Origin: Tubiluchus corallicola
Taxonomy: Eukaryota > Animalia > Priapulida
Assembly: GCA_030141605.1 (NCBI GenBank)
Contig: JAQGDQ010000551.1
Location: 80,654-144,653 of the forward strand
Direction of reading: 5' to 3'
Length of the DNA: 64,000 nucleotides
Below the pieces are notes generated by a model. The model worked only from the letters and a program-made list of their open reading frames with translations. It made no database searches and was not told the DNA's origin. Shown here one piece after another: positions 43,714 through 56,761 of the stretch. A program made the translations under genes and the position numbers. Positions within the stretch are counted from its first letter, which is position 1; each line of letters starts with the position of its first letter.

Positions 43714-44086
43714 GTAAGTATATAAAAGTATCTCAAGTGTGTCATTATAAATTTAATACCATTTACATTGAAGGCCTAATCGTTATCGCTATCAGCAGTA
43801 CCAGACCTGCTATCATCAACAATATCAGGGATTTCGTCAATTTCCATTGTGTACTTTTTCTTCATGTTTTGTGTACATCTTCTTTACTACCATTATCTTT
43901 ATTGCCATCGTCATTATCACCGTCACTATCGTCACCAAAATCGTCGTCGTTGTCATCATCAGCGTCATTATCATCATGCTCGTTGGTGTAATTGCTGTCT
44001 TTACTCTCAACATTTTTTTCTAGACTGTAACGTTATCATTTTTTTACCTACAAAAAACTGAACAAAACTAAGAAGACATGCAAACA

Positions 44087-44184
44087 GAGAGAGAGAGAGA
44101 GAGAAGGAGAGAGAAAGAGAGAAAGAGAGAGAGAGAGAGGAAGAGAGTGAGAGAGAAAAAAAAGAGTGAGCGAGAGAGAGAGGA

Positions 44185-44238
<54 letters not shown>

Positions 44239-44276
44239 AGAGAGAGAGAGAGGGGGAAAGAGAGAAAAAGAGGGAG

Positions 44277-44317
<41 letters not shown>

Positions 44318-44345
44318 AACAGAGAGAGAGGGAGAGAGAGAGAGA
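44087..44345. repeat. (GA)n tract that is an inverted copy of ~42920..43200
   Basis: Same interruptions in the same order on the opposite strand. Confidence 0.88.
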
Positions 44346-44488
44346 GGGGGGGTGAATAAACAGTACTTTTTGCTATTGTTTATTGTTGTTAAGATGAGAA
44401 AATTCGTCCAATAATTTTTCATATGGGTATTTGCTGCTTTTGGCGTTAAGATATGCACTCTATATGAAATAAATGCTGTATTTTTTAG

Positions 44489-44684
44489 GCTGTTTGTGCC
44501 TCATTAGAAGGAGAGACATCTTTCGGCAAGAGAAAGAAACGATCAACATCAGAAGAGGACGCCGAATTTATGCGAGATATATTTGATTTAGATAACGTTG
44601 AAATAGAAACACATATAACAGTATTATCAGACGAAGAGCAAAATGAAATACCTGCTCATTGGGGACAAAATTCTTTAGGTGATG
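44489..44684 (+). CDS. PAN-ZP exon 12: ZP end, furin site KRKKR (44528..44542), EHP-like IETHITVL
   Basis: Phase 0-1; ttttAG/GTAAGT; open frame (not in the ORF track). Confidence 0.9.
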
Positions 44685-44716
44685 GTAAGTACGGATTATG
44701 TAATTCAAATGTGTAA

Positions 44717-45209
44717 GTAAGTTGTTGAAACAAATAAAAAATGTATTTTTTCACTAATAGATGGCAGGTAAATCTATTACAGATAAAGTAAGTTGTTGAA
44801 ACAAATAAAAAATGTATTTTTTCACTAATAGATGGCAGGTAAATCTATTACAGATAAAGTAAGTTGTTGAAACAAATAAAAAATGTATTTTTTCACTAAT
44901 AGATAGCAGGTAAATCTATTACAGAAAAAGTAAGTTGTTGAAACAAATAAAAATGTATTTTTTCACTAATAGATGACAGGTAAATCTATTACAGATAAAG
45001 TAAGTTGTTGAAACAAATAAAAAATGTATTTTTTCACTAATAGATGGCAGGTAAATCTATTACAGAAAAAGTAAGTTGTTGAAACAAATAAAAATGTATT
45101 TTTTCACTAATAGATGACAGGTAAATCTATTACAGATAAAGTAAGTTGTTGAAACAAATAAAAAATGTATTTTTTCACTAGTAGATGGCAGGTAAATCTA
45201 TTACAGATG
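44717..45209. repeat. 70-71-bp minisatellite, ~7 copies
   Basis: Unit GTAAGTTGTTGAAACAAATAAAAAATGTATTTTTTCACTAATAGATGGCAGGTAAATCTATTACAGATAAA. Confidence 0.95.
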
Positions 45210-45358
45210 TCGTACTGGTGTGATGGTATTTCATATCTGGTTAATATTAGTGATTTTAATTTTGTCTTAAATGCTGATAGTGTTAACTTCAATCACATTC
45301 ATTCAGAAATCAGAATTATGCTTGCAAATATTAAAATTTACGATTTTTCTTTTTTCAG

Positions 45359-45504
45359 TTAGTGCAGTATCAAGGCGAGGTGCTGCCCACTGCATTACGA
45401 AAGACAAGCTCATTCTAGTTGTTTCACTACTTGGTGTCGGCCTAGTCATCTTCGTCACACTTCTCGGCGCATGCGTACTCAGGAAGATTCGGGAGAAAAA
45501 GTAA
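45359..45504 (+). CDS. PAN-ZP terminal exon 13: TM helix and short basic tail
   Basis: Phase 1 acceptor; LILVVSLLGVGLVIFVTLLGACVL-RKIREKK*; AATAAA at 45651. Confidence 0.88.
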
Positions 45505-48500
45505 AAGTTGTCGCATGGAGTTTCTATATTTATTAATATAAATCATCGGACAGCTGTTGGTTGATTAACAACAATAGATGCATAAACTGCCTTCATCAAA
45601 AATGAATTTTCTCACTAACAGATGGCAGGCAGATCAGTAACTGCTATGTAAATAAAGTACAGTACAAGGAAATATTTTTACCGTAAGAAATGAGCGAAGT
45701 TTGAAAAAAATAAACCATCAATTTTAGAAAATGCAGGGGAACTCATTAGACTCGAACTGAGAGACCAGATGTTAAAAGGCCCAATGCATCTGTTGTTTAT
45801 GTTGCCAAAACTGTTGGGAGTAGGCCTATCACTCCGAGTCTGTTTTTCCTGAATAAGAGGAACCCGTTGGTGGTTTTTCTGGTAGTCGGTATACAGTAGA
45901 CGGTTAAAAGCCAACTTGTGGAACAGAAAACCAACTCAAAAGTTGTTTAAAGTTATTAGAAGATTTCCTGAGCATACATAGGAAATAATAGAGCCACCAA
46001 AAACTGTGTTATTTTGATTTAATGAATCTACTTTCCGTTTTTCGCGCTACGGTAAATTTAATACATTAACCCAAATTCTTAACCCCAATTAATGTACCAT
46101 TGTCACGCTGCATTGTGAAAGTTAAAAACTTGTCGATAGGTGGAGCCACATAGCAAGTTTGGTAATAATCATGAGCCAAATGTATATGAATTTCTTCCAC
46201 TGTGTTAATATTTCACAAAGAATTTTGATGAAACTTATGTCTTTCGATGTATCAATTTGCTCAAGCTTTGCTGTTGCTTGCTAGTTTATAAGCTGCTCAA
46301 TGCTTTGCTTGATGCCATGCCTGTATGCTGTTTGATTTTGGATTTGTTAATTGAAATTAACTGATGTTAATTAAAATTAACTATTGAAGTATAAGTTCAA
46401 AATGAATCCTTAACATTTGTATGTATGCCCATAACTTCTTAAATTGCGTATTGTGTTACTGCGCATGGTCAAATTCATTAACTATCGTTCCTAAAAATGG
46501 TAATCGACTTTCGTTCTAAAGTGACGTTTACCAGACATCCGGAATGCGCATGCGTGATAGATAAAAATCAGTTTGTATTGTTTTCAATGCACGCATTTAT
46601 CGTACCTGCGTTATGCGTTATTTTTTCCGCAGCTATTTCTATTGATTTTTCATACGCACGTATTCCGCAGGTGGATACGCATAGCGCAACTCTGGTAAAC
46701 GATGCTTATGTATTAGTAATGTGTAAATCATTGCTGCATTGACATTGGACTGATGGTATAATTGACAAATACTAGCTAAAACAATGGCTATTGAACAATA
46801 AAATCTTGATGTGGAAAAATTTAGAATTTTATTCGAGAAAACATTACAGCTTAACATCATCAGTATAGAAATTAATGAATTTTGTAAAAATTAGTTTTAT
46901 TCTTAGACAGGAGGTGGGTCAAAACTACAATTTTAGAACCAAAAAAAAATTGCTAGTTTTTTGGTACTGTAATTAAAATTTGCACGGATTGAAGAAGCTA
47001 CCTGCATAGTTGCTAGCTGACTTGCTTCTTCTTCTTTCACGTTTTTCTTGCTGTTAGTGCCTGTTTAGTTAGTTACATGTAGCCTACGTCTGAAAAGATG
47101 CCAATTGTTATGAATGCATTTTTGTAAGTATCATCATTGCTTGCTTACATTATTGCCATGGAAACTGTTACCATGTCAATAAAGACACTGTGATGTTATG
47201 TATAATAATACCAGTAATATTACTATACATAATTATTATACATTATCCTAAACTCAAATGGGAGGTCTCTCCAAAACTGGCGATACCGTGTTTGCGTTAT
47301 TAGGGTGCACCGTGCACGCTCAGTATTAATATCACGCACGCGTGCGTGTGTATGTGTGTGACTGTCTCTGGTCTGTTTTAAGTTATTGCAGCTTTTGTTT
47401 TTGTTTTTTGTTGTTTATTTATTCCTCTTCCTTTTCCCACAGCGATTATGTTTTGGTGTAAAGTACAGTGAATTGATGTATGTAATAACCGAGATGTTTA
47501 TGATGCTATTATATATAGCATCTTAGCAACGTCTTCTTCTCATGAATCAGTGTCGTCAGTTTTGGCGGGAAAATCACATTTGAGCTTCAATGTTATATAT
47601 ATAGAGATTATTATATATATATACATAATTATTATAATTATAATTATTATTATTATACTAGTGTGGAGTGTTTGTTCTTTGTTTGTTTATTTGTTTGTTT
47701 GTTTAAAGCTCGATGTATCTTGTGATATTATAATTATTATTATTTGCTGGTTTTTATCGAAGGTGAGGTTGTTGATTATGCAAAGCGTGTAATTATTGCG
47801 CTTAGAGCAGTTAATTTTGATTGCAAATATCGTAGGTGGTCTAACTTTCATCTTTTCGTTGTCATGGAAACGGCGTTGATTAGCAGATGTATCGCGTTTC
47901 GTTTTATGAGGAGAAAATTAATGCTTAACCTGAAAAGTTATCAGTAGTAATGTGTGCTCTGTCTTTTTAAGCATTGTTTACAGTTAAACTGTGAAGAGAA
48001 ATTCTATTTTGAAGCATTTATTTTGCGAATTTTTCTCAACTTTGCTTTTTAATGTGAAAGTTAGGAACAGGTATTTTCTGAGAAACTTGTTTCATTAGGA
48101 CTCGTTAAGAATTCACACGTTTTTCGCATAGAAACTCTTACTACAATCATGTACCATTTTGAAGTGTTGCACAGTCATGTTAAATTTTTCTTTTGCTAAC
48201 CTTAAAAGTTGTTTTTTTTTCAATCGAGCCATTTTTTATTAGCTTTTCACTAAATGTGACTGTTTCTCTTTCGGTAAATATTCAGTAGATATTCAGACGA
48301 TGTAAAAAAAATATGAACTGTGCTTTACTATTTAGCTATTGTAAGGTAAAAAACAAGATTTCTGTACACGCCAACAACATGCGATTATGAGGAACGCTGC
48401 CCATCTTGTCATGTCACTATAGTTGTGTATTAAATAATAAGAATCAAAACTATTGCACTTGTAAATTAGGGGCGTGTCTAGGTTCATTAACTTGGGCTGT

Positions 48501-48754
48501 GATCTGGCTACGCCTCCAGTTGGTGATGCCCGCAAACATAGTTATTGTTGTAAAGATTGTGAATAATCGAATTTTATGATCTGTAAAAATCGAATAAAAT
48601 ATTGAAGAATGTAAAAAAGTGTAAAATGTGTACGCATATTATTTTCTGCCCTCTGTCGGGTCCGGTCAAATATAAAACGTCAAATGTGAAATGTGTACGC
48701 ATATTGTTTTATGCCCTCTGTCGGGTCCGGTCAAATATAAAACGTCAAATGTGA

Positions 48755-48850
48755 AATGGCAAATCATTATTTTGGTAAAATTCCCACTAGACGTCTCCAC
48801 TTGTATCAAGTGATTTTTATACTCGATTGTCAATGATGATACATGATATA
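48755..48850 (-). pseudogene. Decayed fragment of a GPCR paralog (TM4 end/ECL2)
   Basis: GTAAAATTCCCACTAGACGTCTCCACTTGTA..TTTTATACTCGATTGTCAATGA aligns with the GPCR at ~50176..50237. Confidence 0.75.
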
Positions 48851-49344
48851 TAAGTTTTAAAAAATGTTAATATCAGTTGGTCACCATAATCGGTGATGTT
48901 CGCGCTTTCGGGACACAATTTTGCTCAAAATAAAATGACAAAATTCACTTGCGAGTTGATTAAAAAACGATAAAAATAATTGTCATTTTGCAAAATTTGT
49001 CAATGATAAGATCAGCAGTAGCTACACCTCACACACGTAACCATTCAGTCTGCTTCCCACAGCACGAGTCTCGATGGACCACAAGCAATGGTAAATACTG
49101 TAACGTAAATTTTGGCTTGCATATTTGACTTGACTTACAACAATATAAGGCAGTCAGCTGTAATATAAACTTAGAAAATTACAACATAACAGATGAGAAA
49201 TATCCAAGACTTTAATTACTAAATAATAAAGAAGTACTATAAAGTGTATAACAACAGTATTTACATCTAGCTAAATTAAATATAATGAAGGACGTTTAGA
49301 GTCAAAATCTGAATTTGCAACGAATGAAAAAAGACGCTCTTAAG

Positions 49345-49592
49345 CAGGGCCTATTTCAGGGAGGGGGAGTGGGGATACTTACCCGGGGCCTCACCCTCCA
49401 GGGGGTAACATTTTTTTGCTTTATGCGAACATTCAATTGTTCTTTCCTTTAACAACTGTATAACTCCATATTTTCTCTTCGAAAATGCTTCTCCGGCATT
49501 CTAGCAGTTCAAGAATTTTCTCTCTAGTGGCGTCCGAGGGGGCCTCACACGCCCCACTTCCCCGGGCCTCGCTTAGGCTGAAATAGGCCCTG
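49345..49592. mobile_element. Internally deleted hAT-like MITE (both TIRs, no clear TSD)
   Basis: CAGGGCCTATTTCAG..CTGAAATAGGCCCTG; body matches the 35266 copy. Confidence 0.85.
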
Positions 49593-49688
49593 AAGACATG
49601 CAGGCATATGGACTTCATGCATTCATTCGTCAGATAAAGGAAGCCATTTTAACCTTGACATGACCTGTTTTGGTTTTGTAATTAACCA

Positions 49689-50729
49689 CTAGGTGGCGAA
49701 AGAAGCAACGCTCGCCGAGGCGTCGCTTGAATGTCGCCGCTTCAGAGATTGCCTTCGAATAAATTTCTTGAATGTCCTAAAACATATCGGGTCATATATT
49801 GTGTATAGAAGCGCCTTAATCCAGCTATAACACAGCGGCAGCAGAGGCGACATCTCTAGGAAGCAAACTTCATTAAACGGCATAATAGCTGGCGGATGAC
49901 TAGCTGGTTTAAAGGCCAAATAGAGCGCGGCCACGTGTTTAGTTGCCCAGCAGAGGGCGTACGTTAAGATAAGGGCAAGTATCATTTGCATTGATCTACT
50001 AAGCTTTTGAATTTGCTTACGATTTTCTGCTGTTATCACTGTTACATACTTAAGATGGGCTAAAACTTGATTGTACAAAATACCAGTAATTACGATAGGT
50101 AGAACATATGAAAGTAAGACCGATAAAACAGAATACATTTGCAGTGCTGAGCCGGCAGGATGACATATCATTCCAGTAAAATTCCCACTAGGTGTCTCCA
50201 CTCGTACTGTGCTAGTTTTATACTCGATTATCAATGACGGTACTTGGTAGATCAGAGAAAGAAACCAAACAATAACGGAAATGATGAAACTCTGCTTCCG
50301 TGTTGTTTGAGATTTCAATGGGAAGATCGTGTGGCGCCGCCTATCAATCAGCATAGCAAGTATCATGTAGATGCTGTTGAACATGGACATGTAGATAACG
50401 CAGTGTCCCAATTTTGCCTTGACACACAATGAAGTGTCTCCGTCGCCTTCTTCGCTAGGTGCATACTTAATCGGATCCACACGAAATGCAGAGAAACAGA
50501 CAGAGATCATTGGAACTACCAAAGCGAGCAAGATGTCTGAGACGCACGAAGACACCATGTACCAATTGTAAGGCGGTAACTTCCTATAGCGGATGATGAA
50601 AGCCCCAATGATGCATAAATTAGACACCAGAATCAAAACGCCATTTGCAATGTACAGTACATCCAGCGACAACATGTACAATCCTAGTTTACTGGCGGCC
50701 ATCTTTCTGTCTAGTAACTTGAAGATCAT
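49689..50729 (-). CDS. Intronless class A (rhodopsin-like) GPCR, divergent orphan
   Basis: Seven hydrophobic segments; N1.50, D2.50, C3.25, DRR, W4.50, ECL2 Cys, YVLP, CW; start may be the second ATG (50702, AAGATGG). Confidence 0.9.
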   Translation of the reverse strand: MIFKLLDRKMAASKLGLYMLSLDVLYIANGVLILVSNLCIIGAFIIRYRKLPPYNWYMVSSCVSDILLALVVPMISVCFSAFRVDPIKYAPSEEGDGDTSLCVKAKLGHCVIYMSMFNSIYMILAMLIDRRRHTIFPLKSQTTRKQSFIISVIVWFLSLIYQVPSLIIEYKTSTVRVETPSGNFTGMICHPAGSALQMYSVLSVLLSYVLPIVITGILYNQVLAHLKYVTVITAENRKQIQKLSRSMQMILALILTYALCWATKHVAALYLAFKPASHPPAIMPFNEVCFLEMSPLLPLCYSWIKALLYTIYDPICFRTFKKFIRRQSLKRRHSSDASASVASFAT

Positions 50730-52159
50730 TTGTTATAGTTTTCTTAAACTTGCACGTTCAAGACGTGTTCATGCTTTTTCTCAACACATGCTTTTTTATT
50801 ACCATAACGCAATTAATCATGATACCTTTAGCCAGTTTAAAACTAGCCTATCGCGTCAAAGAATAACGGTTTTATTCCTCAAAAACTGGCGTTGTTCACA
50901 TCCATCAAAAGACGATTGCTTAAACAATAATCTTGTTTGCTGAATCCGGGTGTTTTTCTTTGAAAATCTTGTGGACGTCTTTAATTGGTTTAAGCTAAAG
51001 CTGTTGATACTGCCTCTATTCTTTTGTCGTCTTGAATCGCAAAAACTCGAAAGTTTTACGAAAGCGTCTTCAACACAAAGTAATCGATGAAAGAAAGAAA
51101 GAATAACTCATCATGGTGACCACAACTTTCTTGGTTTTGACGAAGGTTCTAGGTTGAGTTAACAACGGCCTTTATGTCTTTCTATGGTGCCAGACCTTGT
51201 CCGAGTCCGAGCGAAACGATCAACCCGGATTGTGGAAGAGTTTTTGTCTTTCTGAAAACTCAGAGTAGACCTCGTAAGTGTTTTGTAAACCTGCAAAAGC
51301 AATATTACATGATTTGGTTAACGTCGTATCTGTCAAGTATCAACAAAACGTACAATTTGAGAAACACTAATCTTGAGAACTGAAATAAACGTCGTTGTCT
51401 TAAACTTCAGAGTAGCTATTCACGCAAAAAACTTTTATAAAAGAAATCACAACACACCGCAGGTACAATAAGCAAAGGCACTAATATAACAGTTACAAAA
51501 CTTATTAGACAGCTGTTTCAAATATTATTAACCAGTTAAACCAAGCAGAATTAGGCCTACCAACCTAGCAAGCATTCAGTGAACCAACTAGTATATTTCC
51601 TGCCAACAGCAAGCCAACAATTAACCATCTATGACCAGCTATACAACAATACTACGACACAATCTACCTTCTCACAATTATCATTACTACGTCACAATCT
51701 ACCTTCTCGCGATTATCATTAGCTGGTACCACCAATTGCCGAAGCAGCTGCTTTTAAAGTTTTTTAGTATTTCAGTCTCTCTTCACAGGAGTTTGCTACT
51801 GTAATAAATCTGTATTATTCCGATAAAACACATGGCCTTTAGTATTTTAAGAACATTCACAGTCCTGCATAAGGACGAGGGACACCTACTCATTCTTCTT
51901 ATAAATGATGCCACATACTGTTCGGAATATCAGGTATTACACCTTTCAGCTTTAGAACCAGTGCAAGAGACACCTGTTGAACAAAGGCTGCAGATTAAGT
52001 TACCTAAGTAAATGAACTAAGCGGTATTACTTTACACAAATTCCTTGTACGTGTATTGTACACTCTTTCCCGTGCCCTGCATTCCACTTTAATACCGAGT
52101 ATTGCTTAGTGCCTGCAAAGCGAAATAAATTTATGTAGAATATATATATATAATAATCT

Positions 52160-52700
52160 TTATTTGCCATGAAAAATCGACATTCATAACTATAAAAGCA
52201 TAAAAGAACATCGCAGCATGAGAATAAAATTCACACAACTGTTAAAGGCAAATGCGTCCAGTGCAAACTAAAAACTACTGTGCCAAAAGTTTAAAACAAA
52301 ATATACATTATAATATTACACGCAAATTATAATAGACTATATACAATATATACGTATAATTTAAAATGGACGTGGGTAAATAAAATTTGCGGATGAATAT
52401 ATACTATCGTTTACGTATGTCGGGTTTTCAAAACTATTTAATGTATGTATTTTTAATTTTGATTTGAATTCGTCGAAAGACTTGATTTGTTTTAAATTTG
52501 ATGGCAGGGCATTCCAAAGTTGAACTCCTTGTTTAGTGATAGAATTGTTGCTGTATTTTGTTATTAGTGCGTGTTTGTTTAATATTGTGTGTTCTTGGGT
52601 TTAATGTTGGCTCCAAGAGGAGTGGAAGCTTATTTTTGATGAAGGGCGTGTTAATATTGTTGATGTATTTATATAAAAAGGATTATGTAGAATTATTTTT
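52160..52700 (-). mobile_element. Degraded CR1/L2-group LINE 3' fragment
   Basis: Minus frame TKYSNNSITKQGVQLWNALPSNLKQIKSF; 3'UTR motif CAAATGCGTCCAGTGC also at ~42233. Confidence 0.6.
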
Positions 52701-53798
52701 TTCATTAACAAACATTTACAAAGGTTTTCGAAGAATGCGTAAATCGATTTTTTAGGAAATTACATTATTGGTTTAGTTTAGCATAAAAAAACTTTCGCAA
52801 ATTTTATGAATGTCAAATATCGTCAGGAAATAGATCATCATCATATCGTCATAATAGATTTCGCGGACAGCCGCGCGCGATAATCCAACTTTGCACAAAA
52901 ATAATTTTTCTCATTCGCAGAAATGTTATCCGTAGTTCATTATTAACGAGTTATAAAAACCTCGCTGCATGACAAATCAAAAGAGCGCACTCTAGACGAG
53001 ATACCAAATACTCTCTTTTGTTGGCTTGCTGCAGTTTTCTCAAATTTCTCGCCGCGTAGACATCATGTTTGAAATATTATGCCCTCGAGAAGAGCTGCGT
53101 TTATGAAGTTTCTAAAATGGTTCTGAACATGATATGCAAAGCCAGGCAAAATGATGTAATCAATAGTGTAATTACTGAAGTTCAAAGTAGTAATTATAAA
53201 AGACTAAAGTAATGCGGTTTCAAATGATTTTTACAAAGAAGAATTTAATTTTATGCGAGAAATTAATTGTAGACTTAATCATAAAATTTTTCCTGGTTAT
53301 TGCGTCGCGTTATCGTCAAAATTCGTGTTAGTTAACAAACGGCAAGTCGAAACTGTTTAGCTGATCTGATCTTGCGATGACGTCATTTTGTCAACGAGCT
53401 TCTCTTTTATCGGCAACTTCAAAGGAAGCATTAGCACGTTTTTCTTATTCATTTATTTTTGCTGTAAAGCCGTCGAAATTGAATTGTCACGTTTATATTT
53501 TCCAATCGCCAATCGTTTTGTTTCCCTTTAACCACCGTTTCTTAGACAGATTTCTCCTGTTAGTTAAAGAAGACAGGATGATTTTTCATATACTATCCCA
53601 TTTTCAAGTAAGATAAAAAGTATACATTTTAACACCAATAATACAGCAAAAGCGTTTCTGATAATTAAATAATAGATTAAAAGCTTAATGGCGGGTGAGC
53701 CCAATAGTTATGACGTCACAAACTAACATAATTTTCAACAGCAAAATTATTCAACGAGCGTGTTGCACGTGTTTGCGAAACCAGAAAATGAAGTACAG

Positions 53799-54070
53799 TG
53801 CTACTGTAAGATATTCAGTGTGTTGTACTAAAACTAGGCAAGTTTTAACATAAAAATTCAAATAATCTATCAAACACGTGAGCTATCAAACGCGCGCAGT
53901 TCGTCATAATTGAGCTGATCCGATCTGAACTGAGAGGTACAGCACCTTCTTTTTGTGCAACGCGTTCTCGAAATGCAGGCGCTAGTGCCCGTCTAATTAG
54001 CGAATGGTGAAATGCATGTGACAGTGAAGAACTAGTGACGTGAACGTGAAATTGTGTTTGTGTGGTAATA
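53799..54070. repeat. Second copy of the 9661..9935 interspersed repeat
   Basis: Direct sequence match. Confidence 0.85.
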
Positions 54071-54235
54071 ATTCTTTCACGTAAGTCATTCTTCAAAAAA
54101 ATAGTGTGTTTCCTTTCAACATTTTAAAGAAGATGTTGTTTTGACCTACAATTTCAGATTGGAAGCGGTTTTGCTTTAAATAACGATGAGTCTGAGAACT
54201 TCGTCAACCGTTGACCTATCAACAGAGTTAATTTA

Positions 54236-54413
54236 CATACATACATACATACTAACATACATACATACATACATACATACATACATACATACATACATAC
54301 ATACATACATACATACATACATACATACATACATACATACATACATACATACATACATACATACATACATACATGCATACATACATACATTCATGCATAC
54401 ATACATACATACA

Positions 54414-54443
<30 letters not shown>
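54236..54443. repeat. (CATA)n microsatellite
   Basis: Visible. Confidence 0.97.
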
Positions 54444-54447
<4 letters not shown>

Positions 54448-55084
54448 CCATTTATTTCGCACATATAAATAGTACATTTCACACAATACAATAACAGCAA
54501 AAGGACAATGATTGAATAGTGTTAGTAGACAAACACGCAGATATGCAAAAAATACAAAAATACAAGGGTTAAAAAACATGAATAAGTGTGACAATTACAG
54601 ATAAAATCGGTACTAAAACACTAATTTTAATTGCACACTCTATGTATATAAAATTTGCTAAGTTATGTTACAGCTAGGTACGTTAACAAGTTGTATAGAT
54701 CGTCCATATCTAGAAATGTTGGTCTACATAATTGGCAATTCGACTCGTTATAATTGATTTTAAAGTTTCCGCTTCTTGTTCAGTGTATTCCATTATTACA
54801 TTATTGTTTCACTTAAAATTTTGATGATACAAAACGATTTACAACATTATTATCAACATTCAATAATAAACTTATTAGGTGACAGCAACCTGCTGTTTGC
54901 TTCTGCTAGTTCAGTTTCTCATCTTAACGAATTATTCTGCTAATGAGTTAGATTCCGGTCCCGTCACAACCATGTACACTGTACTGGGTCTCGGTGAACT
55001 AAAATTGAATTAAAAACTTTATTAATGGTCATGTTTGGCATTCAATCAAGATATTAACATTTGTTATCAAAAGTAATAGCAGTT

Positions 55085-56490
55085 GCAACAACAACACCAA
55101 CAGCAGCAGCAGCAGCAGCAGCAGCAACAGCAACAGCAAAAACAACCACAACCACAACAACAGCAACAACAACAACGACCACGACGACGACGACAACCAC
55201 AACAACCACAACAACAAAAACAACAACAACAACAACCACACCACCACCAACAACAATAACAACAACAAGAACAACAGCAACAATAACGACAACAACAACA
55301 ACAACTGTAACTACAAGAAAACTAGCTAGAAGTGAAACAAAAACTGGAATTCTGTGGGCAAATGCAACTGCAATACAACTGCATCTACGTGCAAAATTAC
55401 AATTGTAACTGTAACTACAACTGCGACCACAGTTGCAAGTTTCAACTTTAATCACCTTTGCATCTACAACTAAAACTTAAGCAGCATCTACAACTACAAC
55501 TACAAGTACAAGTACAACTACAGCTGCAACTAACTACAACTACAACTACTACTGCAACTACAACTACAACTACAACTACAACTACAACTACAACTACAAC
55601 TACTACTCACTACAGCTACAACTACAACTACAACTACTACTGCAACTACAACTGCAACTACAACTACAACTACAACTACAACTACAGCTACAACTACAAC
55701 TACAACTACAGCTACAACTACAACTACAACTACAACTACTACTGCAACTACAACTGCAACTACAACTACAACTACAACTACAACTACAACTACAACTACA
55801 ACTACAGCTACAACTACAACTACAACTACTACTGCAACTACAACTGCAACTACAACTACAACTACAACTACAACTACAGCTACAACTACAACTACAACTA
55901 CAGCTACAACTACAACTACAACTACAACTACTACTGCAACTACAACTGCAACTACAACTACAACTACAACTACAACTACAACTACTACTGCAACTACAGC
56001 TACAACTACAACTACAACTACTACTGCAACTACAACTACAACTACAACTACAACTACAACTACAACTACAACTACAACTACAACTACAACTACAGCTACA
56101 ACTACAACAGCAGCTACAACTACTACTACAACTACAACTACAACTACAACTACAACTACAACTACAACTACAACTACTACTACAACTACAACTACAACTA
56201 CAACTACAACTACTACTACAACTACAACTACAACTACAACTACAACTACAACTACAACTGCAACTACAACTACAACTACAACTACAACTACAACTACAAC
56301 TACAACTACAACTACAACTACAACTGCAACTACAACTACAACTACAACTACAACTACAACTACTACTACAACTACAACTACAACTACAACTACAACTACA
56401 ACTATAACTACAACTACAACTACAACTATAACTACAACTACAACTACAACTATAACTATAGCTGCATCTAGCTACGACTATAACTACTAT
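55085..56490. repeat. (CAA/CAG)n followed by ~1-kb (CAACTA)n microsatellite
   Basis: Visible; explains the YNYN/CSCS ORFs. Confidence 0.96.
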
Positions 56491-56615
56491 TTTAACAGAA
56501 ACAACGGCATTACGACGACGGCAACAGCAACAGCTCATCAGCTCAGTTTTCAAGAAGCTATAAGTAAATTTAATTTCCAACACTTCCCACGTTCTTTACC
56601 GAAGCCGCTTCTTAT

Positions 56616-56761
56616 CCAATTCGGTCACGTGATCAGCTACTTTAATATTGAACTGGCTTCATCAGGTCCTCGCAGAGCCTGTGAGCAGAAACTTATACAC
56701 ATTGCCGTGATCAATGACTCTTCTTTTAGAAAATAACCGAAGCTGCCGCAAGCTGGTAAGT
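56616..56761 (+). promoter_or_regulatory. Possible SOBP promoter and non-coding first exon (CCAAT, E-box GTCACGTGA, donor G|GTAAGT at 56755/6)
   Basis: Motif cluster ~1 kb upstream of the SOBP ATG; motif evidence only. Confidence 0.22.

Noticed and set aside
45678-45914. 78-aa minus ORF, perhaps another LINE C-terminal relic
   Set aside because: Similarity too faint to support by eye
49689-50729. GPCR as an opsin
   Set aside because: Position 7.43 is Leu, not the retinal-binding Lys; the TM7 Lys is at 7.49
55458-56583. 337-aa YN-repeat and 326-aa CS-repeat ORFs
   Set aside because: (CAACTA)n microsatellite
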